From the NCBI GenBank assembly GCA_963793605.1, contig CAWCAH010000011.1, positions 9,204 through 73,203 on the forward strand: 64,000 nt of DNA, in the 5' to 3' direction. The notes below the pieces were generated by a model. That model searched no databases, was not told the origin of the DNA, and was given only the letters and a program-made list of their open reading frames with translations. Positions 27,117 to 36,099 of this stretch are shown here, piece after piece. Every line of letters begins with the position of its first letter. Within the stretch, counting starts at the first letter, position 1. The stretch is from an uncultured Thermoleophilia bacterium. Its GTDB lineage: Bacteria; Actinomycetota; Thermoleophilia; UBA2241. Position numbers and translations under genes: made by a program.

Positions 27117-27695
27117 CTACTCCACCCGCGCGCCAAGTACGTCGCGCATGTGCGCGAGCGCGAACCGGTTGAACTCCTCCGCTTCGTGCCCGGGCGCGTC
27201 GTACGTCTCCACAAGCCCCTCGTGCACGAGCACGTCATAGCCGAGCGCCCTGAGGCCGGCGACGGTGTGCAGCACGCAGATGTCGGTGCACACCCCCGCG
27301 ACCTCGACGAGCTCGGGAGCGAGCCGCCCGAGCACGACATCGAGATCGGTCCCGTGGAACCCCGAGAAGGTCGTCTTCTGCACCACTGTCCCGTGCGCGG
27401 CGAACTCCTGCAGTTCCGGGATGATGTCGTTCTCTCCGGTCCCCGCGACGCAGTGCGCGGGGAACATGCGGAACTCGGGGTCGTCGGGCGCATGTGTGTC
27501 CATGAGGAAGAGGATGTGAGCACCCGCGGACTCGGCCTCCCGGAGCAGTTCGCGAAGAGGAGCGACGATCGCGTCGTAGCGGGGGCTGTAGAGCGCGCCG
27601 CGGCGACAGAAGCAGACGAGCATGTCGACCACGATGACGACCCGGCGGGCCGGGACGGCCTCGCCGCCGGGCTGCTGCGCCTCTTGACTGTCCAT
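27117..27695 (-). CDS. pncA: nicotinamidase/pyrazinamidase (isochorismatase-family cysteine hydrolase)
   Basis: '..RRVVIVVDMLVCFCRRGALYSPRYDAIVAPLRELL..FLMDTHAPDDPEFRMFPAHCVAGTGENDII..GVCTDICVLHTVAGLRALGYDVLV'. Confidence 0.75.
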   Translation of the reverse strand: MDSQEAQQPGGEAVPARRVVIVVDMLVCFCRRGALYSPRYDAIVAPLRELLREAESAGAHILFLMDTHAPDDPEFRMFPAHCVAGTGENDIIPELQEFAAHGTVVQKTTFSGFHGTDLDVVLGRLAPELVEVAGVCTDICVLHTVAGLRALGYDVLVHEGLVETYDAPGHEAEEFNRFALAHMRDVLGARVE

Positions 27696-27721
27696 ACCGG
27701 TCGGATACCCCGGCGGGGACC

Positions 27722-28819
27722 CTAGGTCACACGCTCGAGCCGGGGGTTTGGCCGGTACCTGCGCCCGACCTTGGCGCACGGCCGGCCCTCGACCAGGACG
27801 ACGTCGGCGGTGAAGTCGGTGTTGCCGCGCAGCAGGCTGCTGCCGACCCCGTAGGCGTCGGCCGGCACGCCGGCCTCCTCGAAGCTCCGGATGCGCTCCG
27901 CGTCGAACCCGCCGCTGACGACGATGTTGACGTGCCGGAAGCCCTCGTCGTCGAGCGCGCGGCGCACGGCGCGGACGAGCTCCGGCGCCACCCCGTTGGG
28001 GCGGAAGGCGCCCATCTCGTCCCAGAGCGAGCGGTCGACCATGGTCTCGCTCGTGTCCAGGCGCACACCCCAGAGGCGCTCGCCGAGCGCCCGGGCGCAG
28101 GCGAGGCTGGTGGCCACGCAGTCGTTGTCCCAGTCGACCAGCGCGGTGACGTTGATCTCCGGGTAGTGGACGTCGGCGAAGGCGGCGGCGGCGGCGACCG
28201 TGTCGCCGCCGTACGCGGCGATCAGGGCGTGCGGCACCGTCCCGATGCCCTTGCCGCCCCACCAGGAAGCCTGCGCGTCGGTGCTCACACCGATGGCGCC
28301 GGCGACGTGCGCGGCGTACCCGTCGCCGGTCTGCACCCGGTAGTGGTCGAACCGCGCCGGGAAGAAGAGGATCGGCTTGCCGCCGGCGGCGTCCGCGACG
28401 CGGCGCACGTTGGTGCTGATGAGCGTGCGCCGTGAGAGCACGCCGAGGTACACCGTCTCGAGGTGGGCGAAGAGGCCGTAGTCGCCCTCGACGGTGAGCA
28501 CCGTCTCCCAGGCGGAGAGCTCGTCGCCGTCGTGGAGGGCGTGCACCTCGAGGTCCTCCCAGCCGTCCCGCCACACACGCTCTGTACCCTCGCCCTCGTA
28601 GCGCCCCGAGCAGAGGCGCAGCATGGCGAGGGCCTCGTCCATGCCGCCGAGGACGGCGCCGTCCCTCTTCTGGAAGACCTGCATGGTCACGCGGGGGTGC
28701 AGGTCCTTGGCCTCGAGCACGCGCTTGGCGCCGTTGAAGTAGGCGTCCGTGTAGTAGCCCTCCCGCAATCTCTCGATGGGGAGGGCGAAGACCTCCGGGG
28801 AGAGTCGTGGCCGTGACAT
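27722..28819 (-). CDS. pncB: nicotinate phosphoribosyltransferase (type II PRTase family)
   Basis: 'MSRPRLSPEVFALPIERLREGYYTDAYFNGAKRVLEAKDLHPRVTMQVFQKRDGAVLGG..' (365 aa, intact). Adjacent pncA supports a Preiss-Handler NAD salvage pair. Confidence 0.7.
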   Translation of the reverse strand: MSRPRLSPEVFALPIERLREGYYTDAYFNGAKRVLEAKDLHPRVTMQVFQKRDGAVLGGMDEALAMLRLCSGRYEGEGTERVWRDGWEDLEVHALHDGDELSAWETVLTVEGDYGLFAHLETVYLGVLSRRTLISTNVRRVADAAGGKPILFFPARFDHYRVQTGDGYAAHVAGAIGVSTDAQASWWGGKGIGTVPHALIAAYGGDTVAAAAAFADVHYPEINVTALVDWDNDCVATSLACARALGERLWGVRLDTSETMVDRSLWDEMGAFRPNGVAPELVRAVRRALDDEGFRHVNIVVSGGFDAERIRSFEEAGVPADAYGVGSSLLRGNTDFTADVVLVEGRPCAKVGRRYRPNPRLERVT

Positions 28820-28871
28820 GCGCGGATTGTACCCCGGCGCGACGCGCCGGGGCGGCCGCGCCGGCCGGCGC

Positions 28872-30539
28872 TCAGAGCCCGAGCCGGCCCGTCGCGACGT
28901 CCAGCATCCGCGCCGGCGTCACCTCGAAGCGGAGCGTGTAGTCGCCGGCCCGGACCAGCGTGACGTCCATGAAGCGGTCGGGCCGCGGCGTGACCACTCC
29001 CGGACCGCCCTCGAGCACCCAGTACGGCGACGAGGTGAACTTGAGCCAGTACGTCCCGGGCTCGCTCACGCTGAAGTCGATGCGCTGGTGCCCTACCCGC
29101 CGGATGGTGCCCGTGCCGGCGCCGGGGGCCTGCGGCTCCGGCACCAGCAGCGGCTCCGCGTCCAGCAGTTCGTAGACGCGCCAGGCGCCCGTCTGCTCCA
29201 CGAGGGCGAACGCCGGCGAGCTCTCCAGCAGGCGCGCCTCCCGCTTGCTCCAGGGGTCGAGCGGACCCTCCGCCGGCGAGAAGATGTACCTGACCCCCAT
29301 GCTCTGCAGCCAGTCCACGTACTCGGCCGCGTCGTACGGCGTGTAGAACATGCTGTTGTGGATGGCGTCCGCCTGCCGGTACCAGCCCCGCGTGATGGGG
29401 TAGCCGGCCTCAGGGAAGTAGAGCGCCTCCCAGTGCCGCCGCAGCGCGACCACGTGGAAGCGGTAGTCGGGGTCGTAGAGCTCGCGCGCCGTCGCCAGCG
29501 CCGGAGCGAAGTAGGCGCGCGTGGTCTGCGGACGCTCCACGGTGTTGAGGAAGTGGCTGGTCGCGGTGGCGACCTGCAGCAGCGCGAACGCCACGATGGG
29601 GATGATGGCGAGGTCGCCGTAGCGGAACGGGCGCCGCAGCCGCGTGTGGCGCAGCAGCAGGAGCAGCGGCAGGCCGAAGACCATGAAGAACCGGCCGATG
29701 TTGTTGCCCAGCGGGCTCCCAGGGGTGATGAACGACCCCACGCAGAGCGCCGCATACACCAGGAACAGTACGGCGAACGGCCGGCGAGGATGCGCGGCGT
29801 TCACGCCGGCCAGACCGAGCCCGACGAGCGCGAACCCGAGGTACACCATGAGCTGTGAGGTCTCGTTGAGGTAGGCGCCCGGCTCGGAGAAGGTCCAGCC
29901 GAGAACGAAGCGGACCACGACGGCCGGCGCGAGGACGGCGGCGAAGACCAGGTACCGTCGCCGCGCCGCGCGGCGCGCGATGAAGTCGGTGAGCACGAAC
30001 GGCGCCACGACGACCAGGCCCATCGGGTTGGCGAAGATCCCGATCGCCACCGGGAGCGCGGCCCAAACGGGGTGCCGCCGCGCCAGCAGCGCGAGCCCGG
30101 CGAGCGTGAGCGCCAGCGCCAGCACGAAGGGATCCTGCCCGTGGGCGAGGTACAGCGTGACGATGAGCGCGAGCCCCCAGGCCGGCCAGACGTCGTCGAT
30201 CCGCCAGAGGTCGCGCACGTAGACGTAGAAGCTCACGGGGATCGTGCCGGCCGCGACCGCGACGATCACCGCGCCCGAGACGTACTGCGCCAGCCAGTAG
30301 AAGACGAAGCCGTAGGTGATGGCGCCGTAGCCGCCGCCGTACCAGTACGTGTCCCAGAAGATGGAGTCGCCGCGGCGGAGGAGGAAGACCTTGTAGGCGT
30401 GGGCGGCGTCGTCCCAGCCCGGGACGCCGCCCACCTCCATCAGCACCGTGACCAGCGCCACCGACGCCGTGGTGACGAGCCACAGCGTGAGCAAGCCGCG
30501 GCGCGTGCGCAGCCAGGACTCGGCGGTGGAGAGCCTCAC
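28872..30539 (-). CDS. polytopic integral membrane protein (555 aa) with a large C-terminal extracytoplasmic domain; GT-C-fold glycosyltransferase-like (YfhO/DUF2079-like) candidate
   Basis: 'VRLSTAESWLRTRRGLLTLWLVTTASVALVTVLMEVGGVPGWDDAAHAYKVFLLRRGDSIFWDTYWYGGGYGAITYGFVFYWLAQYVSGAVIVAV..', about 11 TM, then a 200-aa soluble C-terminus. Its GTG start overlaps the stop of the CbiA-like gene (GTGA). Confidence 0.55.
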   Translation of the reverse strand: MRLSTAESWLRTRRGLLTLWLVTTASVALVTVLMEVGGVPGWDDAAHAYKVFLLRRGDSIFWDTYWYGGGYGAITYGFVFYWLAQYVSGAVIVAVAAGTIPVSFYVYVRDLWRIDDVWPAWGLALIVTLYLAHGQDPFVLALALTLAGLALLARRHPVWAALPVAIGIFANPMGLVVVAPFVLTDFIARRAARRRYLVFAAVLAPAVVVRFVLGWTFSEPGAYLNETSQLMVYLGFALVGLGLAGVNAAHPRRPFAVLFLVYAALCVGSFITPGSPLGNNIGRFFMVFGLPLLLLLRHTRLRRPFRYGDLAIIPIVAFALLQVATATSHFLNTVERPQTTRAYFAPALATARELYDPDYRFHVVALRRHWEALYFPEAGYPITRGWYRQADAIHNSMFYTPYDAAEYVDWLQSMGVRYIFSPAEGPLDPWSKREARLLESSPAFALVEQTGAWRVYELLDAEPLLVPEPQAPGAGTGTIRRVGHQRIDFSVSEPGTYWLKFTSSPYWVLEGGPGVVTPRPDRFMDVTLVRAGDYTLRFEVTPARMLDVATGRLGL

Positions 30540-31915
30540 GCGTCCGGCGCCGCCGCCCGCATCGCGGCGACGAAGCCGGTGGCGAGACCCGGCGCCGCCG
30601 GCAGGGACGGGACGAGCGTCGTGGCCAGGCAGCGCTCGTGCACGAACCCCTCGACCTGGCCGTCGTCGCGGCCGCCGAGCCGCCACGCGAACGCCTCCTG
30701 CTGCAGCGTGAGGAACTCGAGGTCGAACAGCTCGTACAGGGTCACCTCGCCGCGCAGGTAGGGGTTCTCGCGCGCCGCCGTGGCGCTCACGTAACGCGGC
30801 CGCTCGTACCACTCCAGGAGCTCCGCCTCGCCGGGCAGCACACCGGCCAGCTCATGCGTGCGGCCGCGGCTGTCGGCGAGCCGGCGCAGCAGCAGCAGGG
30901 CGCCGCCGCCCAGCGCCAGCGTGGGCAGGCCGGCCGCGACGGCGTCTGCGAACGACGCCTTGAGCCCCTCGTTCGCCGCGAACGCGGCGACGCTCTCCTC
31001 GTCGAGGAGTCCGGCGATGTACAGTCCGGCGACGCCGGCGGGAAGCGCCTCGTCCCGCTCCAGGTGCACCGGCACGAGCTCGAGACCCTGCGCCTTGAAG
31101 AGGTCGATCGCCTCGAGAGCGAACGGCTCCAGCGGCGGCCCCCAGGCCACGGCGAGCTTGAGTCCGGCGGCGGCGGGCAGCGGCGCGAGCAGCCGGCGCG
31201 GCCGCGCCGGCAGGAACCCGCGCCGCGCGGCGGCCGCCTCGAGCCCCGCGCGGTCGAGGTACGTGGCCGCCTCACGGCACAGCGCCGCCTCGCCGCCCTT
31301 GACCGGTTGCGGCCCGATCTGCCTGAGCGCCCCAGAGACGCCCGGGCCGTACTGCCGCGCGAACTGCTCGCTGAGCTGCGGCGGCACCCAGCCGAGCACG
31401 GGCAGCCCGGCGGTGTCCTCGATGAGGCCGCGCAGCCCCTCGGCGCGGCCCCGCTCGTCCCCGCCCACGACGACGACCCCGGCGAGCTCGAGGCCGCGCA
31501 CGAGTCGCTTGAGCCCGCAGGCCCACGCGCCCACGGTCACCCCACGCTCACGCGCGTCGATGACGAGCACGAGCGGCGCGTCCAGCGCGAGAGCGACGTC
31601 GAAGGGTCGCGACCCTTTGACGCCCTCCCAGCGGTCGAGCGCCGGCTCTACGGCCACGACCGCGATGAGGTCGGCTCCGGAGGCCCAGAAGTCGTACAGC
31701 TCGCCTGCCGCGGCGTCGTCCAGCAGCCTCGGGTCGAGGACGCGGGGCGTGCGCGTGGGAGCACCACAGAGGAGTCGCCACAGGGGGAGGTCGGCGCCGA
31801 GGAGCACAGGGCGGACGGCGCGCTCGTCCGCGAACGCGGCGAGCAGGGCGCCGGCCACCAGCGCCACGGCAGGGCCCGGCTCGAGACCGCACAGCACCAG
31901 TCGAGGGGCGGACAT
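30536..31915 (-). CDS. CbiA/CobB (cobyrinic acid a,c-diamide synthase) family homolog lacking both the N-terminal P-loop and the amidotransferase catalytic Cys; probable non-catalytic paralog
   Basis: N-terminus 'RLVLCGLEPGPAVALVAGALLAAFADERAVRPVLLGADL' where CbiA has 'GTxSGVGKT'. GATase-like C-terminal half '..LAVAWGPPLEPFALEAIDLFKAQGLELVPVHLERDEALPAGVAGLYIAGLLDEE..GLPTLALGGGALLLLRRL' where CbiA has '..YAECGGLMYL' (Cys replaced by Gly). Confidence 0.55.
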   Translation of the reverse strand: MSAPRLVLCGLEPGPAVALVAGALLAAFADERAVRPVLLGADLPLWRLLCGAPTRTPRVLDPRLLDDAAAGELYDFWASGADLIAVVAVEPALDRWEGVKGSRPFDVALALDAPLVLVIDARERGVTVGAWACGLKRLVRGLELAGVVVVGGDERGRAEGLRGLIEDTAGLPVLGWVPPQLSEQFARQYGPGVSGALRQIGPQPVKGGEAALCREAATYLDRAGLEAAAARRGFLPARPRRLLAPLPAAAGLKLAVAWGPPLEPFALEAIDLFKAQGLELVPVHLERDEALPAGVAGLYIAGLLDEESVAAFAANEGLKASFADAVAAGLPTLALGGGALLLLRRLADSRGRTHELAGVLPGEAELLEWYERPRYVSATAARENPYLRGEVTLYELFDLEFLTLQQEAFAWRLGGRDDGQVEGFVHERCLATTLVPSLPAAPGLATGFVAAMRAAAPDA

Positions 31916-32040
31916 GACGGGCGTCCTCCTTTGGGCCGGCGGGCTCCCGCAGACGGCGGCGGTCGGGCGACCCGGAGGGGATTCCGGGGGCCGGGGATAG
32001 AATACCTCACCAGCCCTTCAGGAGGAGGACCGACCCACCG

Positions 32041-33882
32041 CATGGACCTGCGCGAACAACTCCACGACGCCATGTGGGTGCGCGTGCTGTTCACGCTCGC
32101 GCTGCTCACCGGCGTCCTCTGGGTGCAGATGGACCACCACGGCTTCGTGGCCGGCGAGGCGCTCGTCGGCGTCGGCCTCGTGGCGCTGGTCAACCTCCCC
32201 ATGTACATCGTCGAGCGCCGCCTGCAGGTGCGGACGGCGGCGGCCGTGATCGTCGTCACGGACCTCGCGCTCGTGACGGTCGCGCTCGTCTTCGCCGGCG
32301 GCGCGCTGAGCGCCGAGGGCATCTTCTACGTGTGGCCGATCGTGTTCTCCGCGGTGTTCCTGCCGGCCTGGGCTCCCTACGCCGCGGCCGGCGCCGCCAG
32401 CGCCCTGTACGTCGCCGTCTGGGAGCTGCAGCACGTCGGCTGGCTCTCGGTCTCGGCGCTCGTGGACGAGATCCAGGTGCCGCCCAACTGGATGCTCATC
32501 ACCGTCTTCCTGCACATCGCCGCGTTCATGCTCGTGGCGCTGCTCAGCGGCCGCCTCGCGCAGGCGCTCATCGGCAGCACCACCGAGCTCAGCGAGGCCA
32601 AGGCCGACACCGAGCAGCAGCTGCGCCGCATGCAGGCCACCAACGAGCAGCTCCGCGTGATGAGCGAGAGCAGCCGGGCGTTCCTGCGTCACCAGGATGT
32701 CGCCGGGCTGATGCCCGAGGCACTGGAGCAGATCTCGGGGGCGACGGGGGTGCGCACCGGGTTCGCGCTCATCCTCAACCACAACTCCGGGCGACTTCGA
32801 CGAACGCGCCGCAGTCGGCGGCATCACGTCGGACGAGGTCCGTCGCTACAAGGAGCTCGGCCTCATGGAGGTCGCGCGCGCGGGCGCGCGGCGCCTCGAC
32901 TCCGTCACCGACCCACAGGTCGGCCGCCTGCTCAAGGCGATGGAGAAGGACGGCTACCACGGGTTCCTCGTCGCGCCGCTCGAGGCCAAGCACGAGCTGC
33001 TCGGCGTCGTCTGCCTGCTGCACCGCGCCGGCGAGGCCGTCCCCGAGGCCGCGGTGGCCACCCTGCGCGCCCTCAGCGACCAGGTCGCGCTCGTCGTCCG
33101 CAACATCCAGTACAACGAGGAGCTCGCGCGCAAGAACGAGGAGCTCACCCACCTCGACCAGCTCAAGAGCGACTTCATGGCCACGATGAGCCACGAGCTG
33201 CGCACGCCGCTCACGTCGATCATCGGCTACAGCGACATGCTCCTCAGCGGCATGACCGGCGAGCTCAACGAGAAGCAGTCGGCGTTCGTCGACAGCATCC
33301 TCAAGGGCGGCGAGTCGCTGCTCAACCTCATCAACGACGTGCTCGACCTGACCAAGATCGAGGCGGGCCGCCTGGAGCTCAACCGCGAAGCGGTCGACCT
33401 GCGGGCGGCGCTCCTCGGCGTCCTCCCGGTGGTCAAGCCGCGGGCGCAGGACAAGCGGATCCGCATCTCGACCTTCCTGCCCACCGACCTGCCGCTGGTG
33501 TGGGCCGACCCCGGCAAGCTCAACCAGATCCTGCTCAACCTGCATCACCAACGGCATCAAGTACACGCACGAGAACGGCAGCGTCAGCGTGGAGGCACGC
33601 ACCATGGACGACTTCGTGGAGATCTGGGTCAACGACACCGGCATCGGCATCGCCCGGGAAGACCAGGACAAGGTGTTCCAGCGGTTCACGCAGATCGACT
33701 CGTCGGCGACGCGCTCCCAGGGCGGGACCGGCCTCGGGCTCGCCATCGTGCGCGAGCTGGTCGAGCTCCACGGCGGCGCCATCCGCATGCAGAGCAAGCT
33801 CGGAAAGGGCTCCAGCTTCATCTTCACCATGCCGATATCAACCAGGCCGGCCGATCCACTGGCCGCGGGCAAGATCAGTTAG
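32041..33882 (+). CDS. membrane sensor histidine kinase (multi-TM N-terminus, GAF, HisKA, HATPase_c); 2 frame disruptions
   Basis: TM region 'MDLREQLHDAMWVRVLFTLALLTGVLWVQMDHHGFVAGEALVGVGLVALVNLPMYIVERRL..'; GAF region '..DPQVGRLLKAMEKDGYHGFLVAPLEAKHELLGVVCLLHRAGEAVPEAAVATLRALSDQVALVVRNIQYNEEL'; HisKA 'LDQLKSDFMATMSHELRTPLTSIIGYSDML'; HATPase 'VEIWVNDTGIGIAREDQDKVFQRFTQIDSSATRSQGGTGLGLAIVRELVELHGGAIRMQSKLGKGSSFIFTMP'. -10 TAGAAT and RBS AGGAGGAGG lie upstream. Confidence 0.75.
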
Positions 33883-33897
33883 AGGGAGGAGCGCAGA

Positions 33898-34290
33898 ATG
33901 GCGAACGCCATCCTGGTCGCCGACGACGACCCAGACATCCTGAGCATCGTGAGCATGTCCCTGGAGACCCAGGGCTACACCGTGCACAAGGCCACCAACG
34001 GCCGCGAGGCTGTGGACCTCGCCCGCGAGCATCACCCCGACCTCGATCCTCATGGACATGATGATGCCCGTGGTGAGCGGGTACGAGGCGGTCGGCGAGC
34101 TCAAGGCCGACGCGAGCACGCGGGACATCATCATCGTCGGCCTCTCCGCCAAGGCCATGGCGACAGACATGGAGCGGGCCACCGACGCCGGCATCGACGG
34201 CTACATCACCAAGCCGTTCCGCATCGCCCAGGTCCTCTCCGTGGTGGAGAGCTACCTGCAGTACAGTACGGCGCCGGCAGGAGCCGGCGC
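33898..34290 (+). CDS. single-domain CheY-like response regulator; one frame disruption (the 3' end is uncertain)
   Basis: 'MANAILVADDDPDILSIVSMSLETQGYTVHKATNGREAVDLAREHHPDL / MDMMMPVVSGYEAVGELKADASTRDIIIVGLSAKAMATDMERATDAGIDGYITKPFRIAQVLSVVESYLQY'. Confidence 0.7.
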
Positions 34291-34313
34291 CTCCGCGGCG
34301 TATGGTTCACGTG

Positions 34314-34508
34314 ATGAACACGCGGCACCCCGAGTCCCCCGCTCCGCAGCCTCCGCTGATCTGCGTCGCCGACGTCGACACGCGCCTGAGCTGCAGCTGC
34401 TACTGCGCCGTCTGCCCGTACTACCTGCGCGACCGCCGCATCGGTGAACGGCGCACACTGCCCCGCCCCACGCACGACCGCCGCATCCTCAGCCGCTTTC
34501 GCGGCTGA
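34314..34508 (+). CDS. small Cys/Arg-rich hypothetical ORF with a DRRIGERR motif (a possible relative of the 16045 ORF)
   Basis: 'MNTRHPESPAPQPPLICVADVDTRLSCSCYCAVCPYYLRDRRIGERRTLPRPTHDRRILSRFRG'. It sits immediately downstream of the CheY-like regulator. Whether it is independent or a shifted regulator C-terminus cannot be resolved by eye. Confidence 0.3.
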   Translation: MNTRHPESPAPQPPLICVADVDTRLSCSCYCAVCPYYLRDRRIGERRTLPRPTHDRRILSRFRG

Positions 34509-34639
34509 CGCCGCAGGCTCGCCTCCCGGCAAACGTCCCGGCTCAGCACGGTGCGCATATCATGCTCTCTCGACAGTTGCCGATACCGAGGAGTGGCAGG
34601 AAGCCCCCGAATCGAGGCCCGTCACGGCCACCGCCACCT

Positions 34640-36020
34640 GAGCAGAGGCCGGGCAGCAAGCCCGGATACGACCGAGGCATCAGCCTCGAGCTGAAGACGA
34701 CGGCCGTCGTCGCCGTCGCCGTCGCCGTCGCGTTCCTCCTCTTCGCGTTCGTCATCGACAGCGACTCGCTGTGGGCGGTCGCCGCCGTGCTCCTGGGCGT
34801 GTTCGCCGTGATCGCGGTGGTGTTCGACCTCTGGGTGTACCGGCCCGTCAACGGCCTCATCTCGCCGCGCGCGCAAGCGGCTCGGCGGCAACTTCGAGCG
34901 CAGCGACCCGCGCTACCGCGACGAGATCCGCGAGCTCGGCTACCTCGTCGGCACGCTCATCGCCGTCTTCACGGCCTCCGAGGACAAGGAGTGGGTCTCA
35001 CAGGGCATCAAGGACGACCTCATGCGCGTGCAGTCGCTCAACCGCCAGCTCATGGACGTCGGGATCCTCGGCACGCGAGATGAACGCCGCGCTCCCGTAC
35101 CGCGAGACCGTGGAGCGCGTGCTGTCGCGCACCCGCTCGTTCCTCCACGCCGACTTCGGAGCCCTGCTGCTGCTGGACGCCGAGGCGCGTGCGTTCTCGC
35201 TCGAGGGCGCGCAGGGCGTGCTCACGCCCACGCTCTCGGCCGAGTGCTGCGCCTTCACGCCCGACTGCCCCGTGCGCCAGGCCATCGCCACGCGGCGAGA
35301 TCACCCGCGTCGAGGGCCACACCTGCACGCTGTTCCCGCACACCATGACCGCACCAGCTGGTCATCCCGGTCCAGGTGGAGAACGTGGGCGACATGGCCC
35401 TGCTCGCCACGTCGACCAGCGGCGAGTACGCCGGACCTGCTCACCCTGGACATCCTGACCGCGCTCCAGAACCACGTGCAGAGCGCGCTCACCAACGCCC
35501 ACAAGTACGACGCCATCCGCCGCCAGGTGGTCACCGACCACCTCACCGGCCTCTACAACCGGCGCTACTTCATGAACCGCGCCGGCGAGGAGATCGAGCG
35601 CAGCCTGCGTCACCAGGAGCCGCTCAGCGTGCTGATGCTCGACATCGACCACTTCAAGCAGTTCAACGACACCTACGGGCACGCCACCGGCGACCGCGTG
35701 CTGCAGACCGTGGCGCGGGCGATGAAGGACGCGCTGCGCAAGCCCGACATCTGCTCCCGCCACGGCGGCGAGGAGTTCGCCGTGCTGCTGCCCAACACGC
35801 CCGGCGAGAACGCCTACTTCGTGGCCGAGCGCGTGCGCAGGACGCTCGGCGGCACGCGCTACACGGGGCTCGGCCTGCCCGCCGAGGTCAACATCACCAT
35901 CAGCGTGGGCGTGGCCACCTGCCCGCGCGACGCCACCGTGCTCGACGAGCTCATGGAGCTCGCCGACAAGGCGCTCTACCAGGCCAAGGCGAAGGGCCGC
36001 GACCAGGTCGTCCTGTGGGG
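34640..36020 (+). CDS. membrane-anchored GAF-GGDEF diguanylate cyclase (intact GGEEF motif); at least 4 frame disruptions
   Basis: TM 'TTAVVAVAVAVAFLLFAFVIDSDSLWAVAAVLLGVFAVIAVVFDLWVY'; GAF '..ETVERVLSRTRSFLHADFGALLLLDAEARAFSLEGAQGVLTPTLSAECCAFTPDCPVRQAIATRR..QLVIPVQVENVGDMALLATSTSG'; GGDEF 'VTDHLTGLYNRRYFMNRAGEEIERSLRHQEPLSVLMLDIDHFKQFNDTYGHATGDRVLQTVARAMKDALRKPDICSRHGGEEFAVLLPNTPGENAYFVAERVRRTLGGTRYTGLGLPAEVNITISVGVATCPRDATVLDELMELADKALYQAKAKGRDQVV'. Confidence 0.7.
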
Positions 36021-36099
36021 CGCGCCGAGGAGCGCGACGCGCGGTCAGGAACTGAGCGCGAGCCGCCGCGGGGGCGCGGCCCGAGCGCCCATGCCCCAG

